This document shows, piece by piece, positions 1 through 11,977 of a stretch of 64,000 bases of DNA. The notes below the pieces were generated by a model that saw only the letters and a list, made by a program, of their open reading frames with translations, did not search any database and was not told the DNA's origin. Both the position numbers and the translations under genes were made by a program. Location of the stretch: the NCBI GenBank assembly GCA_000002445.1, contig CH464491.1:1824001-1888000 (forward strand), given 5' to 3'. The stretch's first letter is position 1, and every line of letters begins with the position of its first letter. The DNA comes from Trypanosoma brucei (Eukaryota).

Positions 1-1184
1 AAAGTATTGAGGGAGTCATCAATCTCTTTGCCGGCAAGGGCAGCGAAAAGGAAGCGGGTGTTTATCAAGACAACAAACTCAGCCCCAAGGGTACAAAATA
101 GTGACCAAAAGAGCGCCCACAGCCTCAATGTCTTGACGCTATCAATGAAACGCGTCTGGTACTGTGGTGGGATGTAGTCCAGCTCATCTATCTCACCCTC
201 GGACGATCCGTCGTCCCTTCTTTGGTCTTCGATGCTCCCCGCGGAAACCTGGCTCTCCTTACGCCAGAACCTCCAGCTTTTATCCAGGCATTTGGCCGGT
301 AGGCAAACAATTGGATACAGAAGCCATATAACCACAAACACTATTGTAGAGGCCTTTCGGTTGAACGGCGACACATCCGTATACGCAATCAGGGCACTTT
401 GTAGGGGCAGAACAATGATGAGCACAGTGATAATGAGCAGCCCAATAGCAAAGCGCAAGGTAGGAGGCTCCTGTCTTAAATACACAGCCTTTGTTGCCTC
501 ACGTCTCGTTATCTCCTCTTCCGTTAGGTGCTTGAGCATATAGTCCGTTATTATGTAAGGAGCCGAACGCATCACGAGCATCACAACAATACCAACGACA
601 GCCCCAAACGCCAGAAGGAAATAAAAGTAATTCGTGGGGTCGTCCTCGAAGAACGCTAACTGTATTGCCCCCAGCAAGGCGGAGCCCAAACCAATAAACG
701 TCTTCATCACCGCCACGATCCAACCCTTTGCAGTAGGAAACTGAGTTAGGGTCGTCACCACGCAAGCAAGGTCATAAAGGCCACTTGCAAAGTTGAAGAT
801 GCCATTAAAAACGCACAACAGAACAACGGAAGCGGTAATGGTACCCCCAAACGTCAGTGCCATGAAAAGCAAACCGGTGGCCATCATGACAAAACCCATC
901 ACCAATACGGGGAAAACACCGAAGTAGTCGTACACAAAGGCGTAGGGCAGACCAAAGTAAGATAAGACAAGACCAACGGTACTGATCGTCGTCATTTCGG
1001 CCTGTGTGAAGTGGTACCGCTCTTGCAAATCTCCGCTGAATATGTTGAAGCCGAAGGTGAGGGACACACAAACACAGCCGAAAACACCGACTACGAGAAT
1101 CGCGAAGCGCTTCGGTTCACTTATCACAAGCTTGGGTTCCGGTCCAACCTCAGTAGCACGTTCATCTCCTTCAGTGACACTCAT
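1..1184 (-). CDS. Polytopic membrane protein, transporter-like (MFS/nodulin-like?), truncated at the window edge. N-terminus MSVTEGDERATEVGPEPKLVISEPKRFAILVVGVFGCVCVSLTFGF...
   Basis: I translated the minus strand by hand. An ATG at 1182-1184 has an in-frame TAA just upstream, and the frame then stays open to position 1. It is absent from the ORF track because it has no stop inside the window. The product has many hydrophobic helical segments (LVLSYFGLPYAFVYDYFGVFPVLVMGFVMMATGLLFMAL, FIGLGSALLGAIQLAFF, LLIITVLIIVLPL). The plus-strand ORFs listed in this interval are antisense shadows. Confidence 0.55.
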   Translation of the reverse strand, partial: MSVTEGDERATEVGPEPKLVISEPKRFAILVVGVFGCVCVSLTFGFNIFSGDLQERYHFTQAEMTTISTVGLVLSYFGLPYAFVYDYFGVFPVLVMGFVMMATGLLFMALTFGGTITASVVLLCVFNGIFNFASGLYDLACVVTTLTQFPTAKGWIVAVMKTFIGLGSALLGAIQLAFFEDDPTNYFYFLLAFGAVVGIVVMLVMRSAPYIITDYMLKHLTEEEITRREATKAVYLRQEPPTLRFAIGLLIITVLIIVLPLQSALIAYTDVSPFNRKASTIVFVVIWLLYPIVCLPAKCLDKSWRFWRKESQVSAGSIEDQRRDDGSSEGEIDELDYIPPQYQTRFIDSVKTLRLWALFWSLFCTLGAEFVVLINTRFLFAALAGKEIDDSLNT

Positions 1185-1616
1185 TTCGAGCAAGCGCAAA
1201 GGCAAGTAGATCCGACGTATGGAAGCAATGTATTAATGCGCCTGAGGGCTTCTTTCCTCTGGTGGTAGTAATACGTGAAGATGAAAAGAAGTCGCCTATC
1301 AGGGTCAGGAGCAACAACTTTTACTCCGGAATACACACTCCTCTTTGTTTCTTCGCCACTTTACCCTTTGCGAAGGGGGCGTATTACCGTTGAGAAGCCT
1401 TGGGTCAACTGACTGTTAGACGACCTAGAAGAGAGTAGAAGGAAAGGCAAGGGGCACGTTAGTGAAGTTCACACGGGTATACATGTGGTAGCAACAGGAA
1501 AAATTTGTGTGGAAGCAACACCCGACAAGGTAAACATAACGGTCCACCAAAACATGACACCATGATGAAAACCCACCGAACAACCATATCAAATACCCCC
1601 AGCGCAGCCAGCATTG

Positions 1617-3758
1617 TCAGCGGGTATGCTGAACAATACAAACCCTGACGGCACCGCAGAACTCAACAACAGCAGCATCTGTTGCTGGCATCAGGTCAGT
1701 CGCCATTGACGTACTTTTCCCTTCCATCGCCTGGAGGCATTGGGGCAGCAGCACATCCGCCACCGGAACGTAGCGAAACAGGCCCAACGGCGCGAGAAAA
1801 CGGCCCCACTGCCGTGTACGCCGTGTTAAACGAGTCGCCACAGTTGCCCTCACCTCAGCTCGCTTCTCATTGAGCAGCCATTGGTGCAAGGTCGCGCACC
1901 TCCGATACAGTAACACCGACATCAGCACGCAACTCACGTCACAGACCGGCGTCAAACAGAACGAAGGTAACTGGGAGGACGTAGGTGAAAGCAGATTAAG
2001 GACACCCTTAATGTGAGGTGGGGTTAAAAGCACTAAGCGTGTGCCACCCAGCGATTCTTCGTTACCAGAGGCCCTAACAGCCGCTGCTGAGGAATGGTGT
2101 TGAGCGGGAATCACAGGTTGAGAAAGTTCACTAAGAGCAAACTCAATTAGTGTTTCGCACAGGAGCGGTACGGCAGAGGCGATATCTTGACCTCCTGGTA
2201 CCGCATGGGATGCGTTCAAACCGCCACCACCATCACCACCTGTTGTGGTGCCAGGTTGAGATGACGGCTCAGTGACCCGCAGGCGCTTTAGCCGCAATGT
2301 CGCGCGCGGTGTCTCATCTGCCCTTAAACCAGCCGCTGAAGAAGGAGATTGTGTGACCGGGGTTGCACCCCCCACAGACAATTCGCTGCTACGAGTCGTC
2401 CCCAATTTCAAGTTACTGTAGACAAAGCTGCTCAACATAGCCTGGAGTCTTGAACGAAGCACCGCTACATGTTCGTCATTCTCCTTGCCCCTGGCCTTAT
2501 TGGAGACAATCGTCTCAAGCAACTGCCACACGCGTCCAGCAATATAAAGCTGTGACACCGGTAGCCGCAGAGCCAGCGCAGCGAAAAAGGCGGACCCGCT
2601 CTTAACACCCAACTCCCCAAGCAACGGCCCCCCGTCGCTCTCTAAATCGGCGAAGGACGGCCCCAAAAGGGCTACATTGGGGTGGTCTAGCGCGTGGCGA
2701 ACCACCTGCGAAGCTAAGCAGTATCCATCATACAACACAAGAAGGAGGGCGTGTGGTGCACAAAGAGCGACGGTCTCACAGCCCTCCAGGCCCCCGTCCT
2801 GCTCCAGCAACAATAGCCCACCTGCCAAAGTGTCGCAAAACGAGGGATTTTGTGCCGAGTGACCCCCACTCTCGCTAACCACAACACCTCCCCCCAACGC
2901 ACTCCACATTTGCCGTAATTCACCTAACCACAGGCGAAAAACTGCGTGTAGAGCCAACACGGTGGTGCCTTCAAGCACATCGAATTGATCACCATCACCC
3001 TCTTTCTCCTTCAAACCCTTCTCCCCACCGAGGAGAGGGTTCACTAACACACGCCGAAGCGCAGGCCAAAAGCCCTCGCACATCCCACCCACCAATAGAT
3101 TGTGCAGAGAGTCCACCGAGCCGCGTCCGCTTCCTTCGAAACAAAGCTGATGCCACGTATTTCGCCACGATGCCGGAACAAACGGTTCAACCACATCCTT
3201 TTGGAGCATCACCAAGATGCGCAAGGGGTACTGGAAGGCCAAAAAGGTGGCGAGACCAGGTGGAAGTTCCCCTAATGACAATGAAGTGGGATGTGCAGGA
3301 TTCCACGAGTCAAGGAGTGCAGAGAGTAGCTCACTGACATCAGTGCTGCGAAAGTCCACAGGTGGTTGGGACCGGGAGGCATCCTTGGCTCCACGCACGA
3401 GGGAAAAAAGTGGTAAGGAGTGTTTAAGACGTGTCGGCGACTCAGAGGAGTTTGGCCTGGAGAACGCTGTCATGCGCTCGGTGGGTCTTAAATAAAGCTC
3501 GTGACTTAGCCGCAGTAACAGTGCAGCGTTGTACGGTGGACAGAGTTTCTCAAATACGAAATGTCGACATGTTTCATTTTGGAGCCCCCCAGCACTGATA
3601 AGGCGCAATGTCAGGCTCCCACGTTCCAATGCAGACATTCGAGGGAGAGCCACTTGCGCTGTCCTCTGCAACATAAAGGTAAGCACCGATCCCAACACAA
3701 AATCCATGTGCCCCTCTTCAGAAGTACATAAGGCACACAACTCGATGATTTCTTCCAT
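1617..3758 (-). CDS. Hypothetical protein, 713 aa, no recognisable domain
   Basis: A long uninterrupted minus-strand ORF co-oriented with its neighbours. Its codon composition is non-repetitive. A G-tract lies immediately 5' of the ATG. Confidence 0.55.
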   Translation of the reverse strand: MEEIIELCALCTSEEGHMDFVLGSVLTFMLQRTAQVALPRMSALERGSLTLRLISAGGLQNETCRHFVFEKLCPPYNAALLLRLSHELYLRPTERMTAFSRPNSSESPTRLKHSLPLFSLVRGAKDASRSQPPVDFRSTDVSELLSALLDSWNPAHPTSLSLGELPPGLATFLAFQYPLRILVMLQKDVVEPFVPASWRNTWHQLCFEGSGRGSVDSLHNLLVGGMCEGFWPALRRVLVNPLLGGEKGLKEKEGDGDQFDVLEGTTVLALHAVFRLWLGELRQMWSALGGGVVVSESGGHSAQNPSFCDTLAGGLLLLEQDGGLEGCETVALCAPHALLLVLYDGYCLASQVVRHALDHPNVALLGPSFADLESDGGPLLGELGVKSGSAFFAALALRLPVSQLYIAGRVWQLLETIVSNKARGKENDEHVAVLRSRLQAMLSSFVYSNLKLGTTRSSELSVGGATPVTQSPSSAAGLRADETPRATLRLKRLRVTEPSSQPGTTTGGDGGGGLNASHAVPGGQDIASAVPLLCETLIEFALSELSQPVIPAQHHSSAAAVRASGNEESLGGTRLVLLTPPHIKGVLNLLSPTSSQLPSFCLTPVCDVSCVLMSVLLYRRCATLHQWLLNEKRAEVRATVATRLTRRTRQWGRFLAPLGLFRYVPVADVLLPQCLQAMEGKSTSMATDLMPATDAAVVEFCGAVRVCIVQHTR

Positions 3759-4974
3759 CCGCTAGTGCTGCCGGGTGGGAGGGGGGGGGGGTGCAGATTG
3801 CCCTATGGAAAGGGGGAAGTTGTCTCTTAGAAGAAACACGCAACTAAGCACAACTCTCACCTCACCAAAACCACCGCGGTTCTCTCCTTTCCACGAGCGA
3901 GAGCCTCTACACGTGCATGTATACACGTGGACATGAAGGGAAGAACAGTATTTGTTCAAATGAGGAAACAAATATTCAAGAGTGAGGAGAAGAAACAAAA
4001 GGATATACCGTATATTTGTCACAGAGAACCGATTAAGATTTAAAAGAAAGAGCGTAACAACAAGAGCCGCATGGCGGGGCGATGAAGTCCCAGCAGTCCC
4101 GTGACCAACACGATAATAAAACAGAAAGAACAGAGTAAAAAAAAACAACGGAGTGATGCACCACACATCAAACAGCTCTACCTAACCCTCATACTGGTCC
4201 AAAGTTAAAAACGCTTGGTGTGTGGCAGGAGATAACCAACAATTCCAAGAACGCTTGTGTGGTGTAAATCGAAAAAAAAAAAGTAAAGTAAAACAGACAA
4301 CAATTTTAAAGAACAGTGGCGCCAACTAGCAGTAACAGCAGTAATAACGACAATACCGCGAGCCTCAGTCTTACACCCCATTTTTCTTATCTGTGTTTCC
4401 CTCCTCAACTTACCCCGCCTCGTCCAACTTCATACGGGAGCGAACTCAGATGATATGCATAGCAGTAAAGTAGTAAAAATAATAATGATAATAATAACGC
4501 TGTAGCGAGTAAACGAGTAAACTCACAAAACACCGCACACTGGGCATAGCGATGACCGTTAGGGTTACCTAGAGAGGCATAAATGAACCCCGCAACCACA
4601 ACGGCTGCAGTAGCAAGTGACAGCAGTAACGATGACGAAGACTGCAGGAAGTACATAAATAAATAAAAGGAAGCCGAATGATTTTTGGATTTTTTTTTCA
4701 AAAACAAAGAAGAATTCACCATGTATTTATTTTCCTTCCCTTCCCCTTTCCCGCAGTTCCCCTTGTGAGTGGGTGGTTGAGTGTGTGTGTATGTGTTCTC
4801 CCTTTTTCCTCCACGACCTCATCCCAATCCGCGCCTACACAAACCCCAAGAGAGCAGGTTAAGGAAATCATGTAGAAGAAATCTCCAACATGGGCAGTCA
4901 AGACCCTTCATTCACATTCGTTTCCCCTACAACGATTTTCCAAATTCGGGAACCGATACTTGCACGCCATGTGG

Positions 4975-6540
4975 CTACAATTTTCGGAAGTACTCGGTAA
5001 GTAAGGCAGGGCCGAAGCCTGTTGCCCCATTGCTGTTAAACACTGGGTACGCCAAATCCACGTGGATGTGCGCGCCAGTGAATTTCGGGCTCAAATGGGT
5101 AGTAATGAAGTAACCAGCACATGAAACACCAGCATTGTCACGTCTCTCCATCAAGTTGGTCATGTCGGCATGATTGCTCTTGAACTCGGGCTCGTGATAT
5201 TCCGGGCAGTAAAGCACCGGGAAGCATGTCTCCCCTGACTCCCGTCCCGCCCGCAACATTGCAGCTTCAGCCCCCTCCTCGTTGACGTACAATCCCGCAT
5301 GGTGGCGACCAGTGGCAATACCTTGTGCTCCCGTAAGAGTTGCCATATCGATGACAACATCTGGGGTAAAGGACAACTCATTCGTCGCGTGGAAAACACC
5401 ATCGCCGAGCACAATGCGGCCCTCTGCGTCAGTGTTGATTACCTCCACCGTCTTGCCAGACTTCATAACGATGATGTCGTCGTTTCTGTAGCTCTTAGGA
5501 CCAATGGCGTTCTCCGCGAGGCACAATGTGCAACTGAGCTGCACTGGCTGCTGAAGCCGCACAGCTGTCAGAAAACCGCAAAACACGGCTGCCGCTCCAC
5601 CCATATCATGCTTCATCAATTTCATGTAGTCGGCCGGCTTGAGCGCGAGACCGCCACAATCATACACGATGCCCTTGCCGACGAGGGACACCTTTTTGAC
5701 GGGAGTGCCCTTCGGTGTGTACAACAGCGTTACGAGACGAGGAGCCTCAAAAGCAGCCTTTCCCACACTGTATATGCCTCCGTAGCCGCGCTCACACAAA
5801 TCGTCACCACAAATGACGTCCACATCGAAGCCAAGCGCCTTTGCGTAGCCTTGCGCAATTTCTGTGAAGGTTGCAGTGGTTAGCAGGTTGGGAGGCGCGT
5901 CAACAAGACGCTGGCAGAGTTGCGTCGAAGTGGCAACCGCCTCCAAGTCCTTTGGCGGGATCGCGGGCGGCTCCGGGAACACCACCTGCAACCGGCTGAC
6001 CTTACCACTGTTGTAAGCCGCCGCTGCCGCACCATCCTTTGCGGAGAAGTTGTGCTTTCCACAGCGTGCTACAGCAGCAGCGATGGGAAGGACAGCATTG
6101 GAAAGCACAAAGACATCCACCGTTGCATTAGGCTCTTTAACTTCGTCCAATGCAGCAGTTACAAGTGCAGTCACAACATCCGGTCGGGCAGGGCAGTTGT
6201 TGCGAGATGCCTTCGTGGGCACCTCACCAACGACAACGCGCACGAACTTTGAGCCTGCCGCATTCGCAAGTCCCTCCACCAAAACGCCGTACGTCCCACC
6301 TTCCTTCACCCGCTCAATAGCTTCAGCAACAGCGGGATTGTAAAATGGTAAACGCTGGACGGCGGGGTCACGGAGTTGCTTGTGAGTTCCAACAAGAACA
6401 GCGAGTCCTGAGGACAGTACACCCTTCTGGTTGCTTTCGTAGGCGGTGACATCGGTGAAGCAAACATTGGTTTTGTATTCGACGCACGACTGGACGAACG
6501 CAGAAAGCTCTTTTGCTTCGGCCTTGGGTAAAGTAGGCAT
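4975..6540 (-). CDS. Leucyl aminopeptidase, peptidase family M17 (cytosolic LAP)
   Basis: A 521 aa ORF carrying the M17 signature NTDAEGRL (VINTDAEGRIVLGDGV) together with the conserved VGKGIVYDCGG and DMGGAA motifs. The call is based on family knowledge. Confidence 0.9.
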   Translation of the reverse strand: MPTLPKAEAKELSAFVQSCVEYKTNVCFTDVTAYESNQKGVLSSGLAVLVGTHKQLRDPAVQRLPFYNPAVAEAIERVKEGGTYGVLVEGLANAAGSKFVRVVVGEVPTKASRNNCPARPDVVTALVTAALDEVKEPNATVDVFVLSNAVLPIAAAVARCGKHNFSAKDGAAAAAYNSGKVSRLQVVFPEPPAIPPKDLEAVATSTQLCQRLVDAPPNLLTTATFTEIAQGYAKALGFDVDVICGDDLCERGYGGIYSVGKAAFEAPRLVTLLYTPKGTPVKKVSLVGKGIVYDCGGLALKPADYMKLMKHDMGGAAAVFCGFLTAVRLQQPVQLSCTLCLAENAIGPKSYRNDDIIVMKSGKTVEVINTDAEGRIVLGDGVFHATNELSFTPDVVIDMATLTGAQGIATGRHHAGLYVNEEGAEAAMLRAGRESGETCFPVLYCPEYHEPEFKSNHADMTNLMERRDNAGVSCAGYFITTHLSPKFTGAHIHVDLAYPVFNSNGATGFGPALLTEYFRKL

Positions 6541-6769
6541 GGGACTTTCCTTCTTATTTATTGACTTGTTTTGCGTGCGTTTCTTTCCTCCCTCCCTTTG
6601 TGCTTCAGGTCCCCTTATGCACCTTATCTCTTATTGTTGTTGCTACACTCCCTTTTTAACAAATTCCTGCTAACGTAAGTCCCAAGCAAGAAATATTGCA
6701 CTTCTGTCAACTGATATGTACTTCGGTTGTTAGCAACTCAATGGCGATATACCGGTGAAGTTCGAACGT

Positions 6770-6835
6770 ACTCCTTTCAAAAAAAAAAGTCGAGATTTGC
6801 TTTTCCATGGCAAGAAGAAAAAAAAGGAGAAAATA
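6770..6835 (-). promoter_or_regulatory. Putative polypyrimidine tract plus AG trans-splice acceptor region for the leucyl aminopeptidase mRNA (minus strand)
   Basis: About 240-290 nt upstream of the ATG (6540) the minus strand reads ...ctctattttctcctttttttttcttcttgcc...tttttttttgaaaggag. This is a pyrimidine tract followed by AG dinucleotides, the canonical kinetoplastid SL-addition signal. The exact acceptor was not determined. Confidence 0.35.
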
Positions 6836-7526
6836 GAGGCGCAGGAGTGACCGCATATTGGTATCAAGGGTGTGAGAGCCTTGGTATCTGTCAAGTTTAA
6901 GAATTTTTTTGCCTTTCAAAAAAAAAAAAAGACAAAGACAAAGTTACCCCATTTCTTCCGTCAACGCAACAGTGGAAGCGTAGAAACAGAGAAAGGGACA
7001 AAGAAACATTAAAAACAGCAGTAAGGGTGATAATGATAATAATAATAATAATAAAAGTACGACCTGTCTCCTGATTTAGCACTTGTTTGGCCCGTAAATT
7101 TTATCCATCCTGCGGGCGACTTGTCATTACCGCCTCCCCCCCCCCCGCCCCTCCTCAGGTAATAATCCGCTGATTCGCTTCTTCAACTTACCTTTCCTTT
7201 ACCCTTACTTTCCACATCTTCTTTTTCCCCCTTTTTAAAAAAATCTCTCTTACTTTTCCTTTTTCCCTTTTCTGTTCCTTTTGATTCAATTTTCCCCAAT
7301 AGTTCTCTTCTTCTCTCTCCTTACATTATTTTTCTTCCTTAGGTTTCATTTTTGACATATTTCCCCCATTCCCAGCACCCATACATCTACAACCCCCTCC
7401 AAATGTTGCAACAGCAAAACGGAATAGGGAAGAAGGTGGAGACAGGACAGGAGAAAAGAAAAAAAGAAAGAAAGAACCAACGTCTAATTCGGATATTCAA
7501 TTAGAGAAGAGGGAATAAACTTACGC

Positions 7527-7552
7527 ATATATATATATATATATATATATAT
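7527..7552. repeat. (AT)13 microsatellite
   Basis: Read directly from the sequence. Confidence 0.95.
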
Positions 7553-10047
7553 TTCCCCTCCACCCTTTCAACTGTAGGATATATATAAAAAAAAGTAATT
7601 GATTGCTAATGCTACTATCATTATTATTAGAAAAAATGACAATAATAGTGATAATAGCAATAACAATTATTATAATAACAGGAATAGCAGTTACATATAT
7701 ATAGTTTTAATATAGATATAAACAGCACGAAACGCCGTGAGTAGTAGTAGTAGTAGTATTCCACCGGCAACTTGTGTAAGTCCAAGTGCACGTGCAGAAA
7801 AGTGAGTGCATATTTTTTTTTTAATTAGAAGTGCTTGGTTGTTTGTTTGTTATTAATGATAATTGAATGGAAAGGGGGAGAAATGAATTTAAATTAGCGT
7901 AGATATTTTTATGTTCGTAAAATAAAGGAAGAAAAAAAACAGTAATTGTGGTCACAAAGACAGCAACTGTGGCAGAATAATATGGAAGGTCTAAATGAAC
8001 GAGAAAAAAAAAACACCGCTGGAGTATCAGAAGAATGTCCCGACACCTTCAGAAACAAAAAACAAAAGTGGGTGAAAAATGATTTCTCATCATTATCAAT
8101 ATATATATATAATACATACATGTTTATATGCATGTATGTATATCATACCCCTACGGGGTCAAAAAATGATTGTAAACATAGCTTAAAACGTTTCAACTGG
8201 ATAAAGAAAGTAAATAACATAAGCGGCGACAACAACTAAAAAGAGAAAAAAAAGGTTATGAAACATGCAAAGAAAAAATAGTAGTAACAATAACAATAAT
8301 AAGAGTAATAGTAATGGCAGTAGTAACAATAATAATAAAAATAAGATAGCGAAATTGGCAGAAGCAACACTTCCTTCCACCCACCACAGACGCCACGCAA
8401 AGAAACAAACAAACAAACTAACACGTAAACGCAAACATGCACGCATATACATATATACATATGTGCATACATTCATTCCTTTTTGTAGCCAATCCCTCAT
8501 TCAATATCTCTGAAAGCTGCAATAATCATTGTAGTAATTCTTATCACAACAGTTCCTGCTTATGTTCCTGTTGTTGTTTTAACAGAAGGGGACAAGAAAA
8601 GGAAAAGGAGAAGCGAATGGGAAACCCTTTTGCCCTTAACCCCTTTTCGTTTCTTCCCCTTTTTTGTTTTGTTTTGTCTTGTTGTTTTTCATTTTTTATT
8701 TTTTTTTCTTTTTGTGATTCTCCCTTAGCTTTTCACTTCTGGACACCCACAGCGCCACGCCTCGATGAGCCAAATCGCTCAGTTGGAGCGGGTAAACGAA
8801 ACAAAACAAGCAAACAAATACAGAGTAAGCAGTAATTTAAAAAAGGGGCTCCAAACAGGCACAAGTATGAACTGTACGCTCACACGCGCAGCAGTTCATC
8901 TCTCACACATGTTAACAAACAAGACATGCTATCACCGAAAATAAGCAGAAATAAGCAGAGTGAAAACAAAAAAAACGAAATAAACGAAATAAAAACAAAA
9001 CGCAACCGGACGCATGCATATACAAACAAAAATGTATACACGTACATACGCACGTGCATACATAAATATATATGTAATTTTTGTGATATATTTATAACAT
9101 ATATATATATAGATAGATAGATAAATTTATCAAGAGGTGTGAAAGGGACAAAAAGAGAGAATTGGAAGCATATGTCATCAACTACATATCATCTGTCACC
9201 GGCCGACACAACAAGCCGCAGTAAACACAACAGCGGGGAAAGGAAAATACACAAATGCGTATACAAGTAAAATAATCAAATTATATACCTGCATTTGTAC
9301 GTGTTTGTGTTTACATCTTTCATTTCCCTCTTCTTGTATTTTCTTTTCTTTTCTTCTCTTCTTTCATTACTTTCTTATTTCATTTTTCAGCCCATTCAAA
9401 ACCAATTTTGGAAATTTTAAGTGAATGGGCTTTCCTCTTTTTCTTTTTCGTTTTTTTTTGTTTTCAGCACAAAATTTCCTTCTTTCCCCCCTCCGTCCTG
9501 CTGCCGCTGTCGCCCCTTTCAGCTTCAAACTCATTGTTACAAAAAGCAACATCCCGCTTCTTTTCGCCATGATATGTGTTGTAGGCATTCAAATACGGTA
9601 CATTTTTCTTTCATACACTCATCTCCTCACCTGCAAACTTTTCCCTATTATTTTTGTTTTGTTTTTGTTTTATTCTTCTTCCTTCCTTCCTTTCTTCCTT
9701 TTCCCCCTTCATCTCTCTCTCTCTCCTTATCCACCCCATTTTTTTTCTGTTTCCATCATCACTACTTTTCATTATATTTTATTAAAATAAAATATAACGC
9801 AGATCTTACTCATTTCCTCTTTTGTTTCTTTCCCCTTCCTTTTGTATTCTTTTTTTTTTCATGAACTTCTCCACAGCTCTTTTGTCATCTCCCTTCTTTG
9901 TTCTTTTTGTTTTATTTTTGAGACATGACCGAATAATCTCCGCTGAATGAAAGGAGGAGAGGGGGAAAAAAAAAACTCACACGCTCCATCATGCATTCAA
10001 CGTTTTCCTTTTCTTTTTTTTCGTTTCTTCTTTTTTTTTTTAATTTA

Positions 10048-10049
<2 letters not shown>

Positions 10050-10078
<29 letters not shown>
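10050..10078. repeat. (TA)14 microsatellite, preceded by T10
   Basis: Read directly from the sequence. Confidence 0.95.
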
Positions 10079-10080
<2 letters not shown>

Positions 10081-11924
10081 CTTTTTTATTACCAATTAGA
10101 ACTATTATTAATATCATTATTTTGCTCCCTTTCTCTTCATCTTTTTTTCTTTTTTCTTCTTCCTTCTTTTTCTTAATGTCCTCCGAGAGGGGGGGGGGTA
10201 AAAAAAAAATGACAAAAAAAAACACACGCCAAATGAAAGAAGAAGAAGAAGGGAAAAAAAAAAAACAGACGCATGCGCATGTTTTTGTTAAGATTCAAAA
10301 ACAATTCTACACCTTCTATTGCGCCGCCACGACACCCTCACCACAACCACCACCATATTTTGAAAAATAAAAGACAAAAACCAAAAAAGAAAAAGGGAGA
10401 AAAAACAAAAGCTCTGAGAAAATCATTAAAGTCACACGTGGAAAGTTAACAAAAATAATAATATAAGTAAGAAAAAGAAGGAAGGAAAGGAGAAAAAGAA
10501 AGGCGGCATATGATACGAAACATCGATTACATTTATTTTATAAAATACCCACTTTGGTAGGAGGGGAGAAAAAATATATATATACACACACACCTCCGCT
10601 AAATTCTCTCTATTTCTTCTTTTCTTTTTTCTTTTCCGTGGGTGTGTTGTTGTTTTTGCTTTTTCTCTTTTTTTTGAAAAAAAATTACGTTTTTTTTTTT
10701 CCACGGGGATCAAATTCTTTCCTTCCGTCAAATCTCCCACACCCGCCCTTGTCAAATTTTTATTTATTTATTTATTTTTCTTTCATTTTGTAATTCCTTC
10801 CTTCCTTCTTTCGTTTCTTTTTCTTTTTCTCTTTTCTTTTGAAAACTTTACTTTTTATTTCCTTTCACCCCGAGTTGGTTGTAAAATTGTTGTTGGTGGT
10901 GGGTGGGAGCAGAAAAGCAGCAAAATGAGGGGGAAAAACAAAAAAAAAGGTGGTGAGCGCATGAGCAAAATAAGACGTGAAATAAAAAAACAAAAGTATT
11001 TATTTAGTATTTATTTTATTTTATCTTTTTTCACTCACCCTCCCAAATTGTATTTGCTACGCTCTCATCAGATACCCGTTACAACAACCACAAAAAGAAG
11101 AAAAAAGGAAAAAAAGAAAAGGAAAAAAAAAGAATGACGAAGCAAGCAGAACGACAACAACAACAATAACGGTGGTATAAATTTAGAAGGCAAAAGTCAA
11201 AAGAGTACAATAATAATATTATTAGTAACAGTAAAGAAAGCGAGTTCGTTTATTAGCTTTTTTAAAACAAAAAAAACAAAAAAAAAGCGTTTTGAACTTA
11301 TTTACATCACGTTCTGGAATAATCTCTTTTTCCTCCTTCCTCTTTCCTTTCTCACGATCCTCGAACCGAACAATAGCCGAACGACGCCACTTTTTTATAT
11401 TTTCTTTCTCTTTTCGCGGATAGAAGTTTGAACGCATAATAACCGTAAAAAAAAAAAAAAATCATGCATGTATTCATATTCTTACCGTCTATTTATATCT
11501 CTTTATACCTCTCCCTTTTTTATTCTCTCTTTCTTTCTCTTTCTCTCTCTTACACACACACACACACATATACATACACATACACATATAGACAGTTTCT
11601 AGATTTAATTGAGAGCACCAGTGACGGAAATGTAAACTTAATATTGTAGGGAAAAAGAAAAAAGGAAACAAAAAAGGACACAAAACACATTCTCCAGTGC
11701 TCTGCAAAAAAGAAAAAAGAAATTAACGGATACAAGAGGGTGTGCAAAGGGGATGGGGAAAAAAAAAGGAAATATATAATAAAACATATAAGAAAACATG
11801 TTCATATATAAAACATACACGTATATCTCTGTGTATATTTTATTTTCATGCATTATATTCCCCATTCATTCATTATTTGTTTTAGTTTCCTCCCCCTCCC
11901 CTTTTTTTATTTTATTTTATTCCG

Positions 11925-11977
11925 TGTGTGTGCATGCGTGTGTGTGTGCATGCGTGTGTGTGTGCATGCGTGTGCGT
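11925..11977. repeat. Three tandem copies of a 16-bp unit GTGTGTGTGCATGCGT
   Basis: The three units are exact. Confidence 0.9.

Noticed and set aside
5299-5883. Plus-strand ORFs of 100-225 aa lying inside minus-strand genes (e.g. 5299-5883, 22571-23041, 23017-23505, 31873-32352, 33720-34178, 62149-62823)
   Set aside because: These are antisense shadow ORFs of strongly supported minus-strand genes with recognisable domains. Their translations are Arg/Ser/Pro/Ala-rich with no motifs, and every real gene in the window is on the minus strand.
8183-8500. ORFs with poly-Leu, poly-Asn, poly-Cys/Tyr translations in 7900-15900 (e.g. 8183-8500, 8265-8513, 11798-12298)
   Set aside because: They translate microsatellites and homopolymers (CTT/AAT/TGT runs). 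They are not coding.
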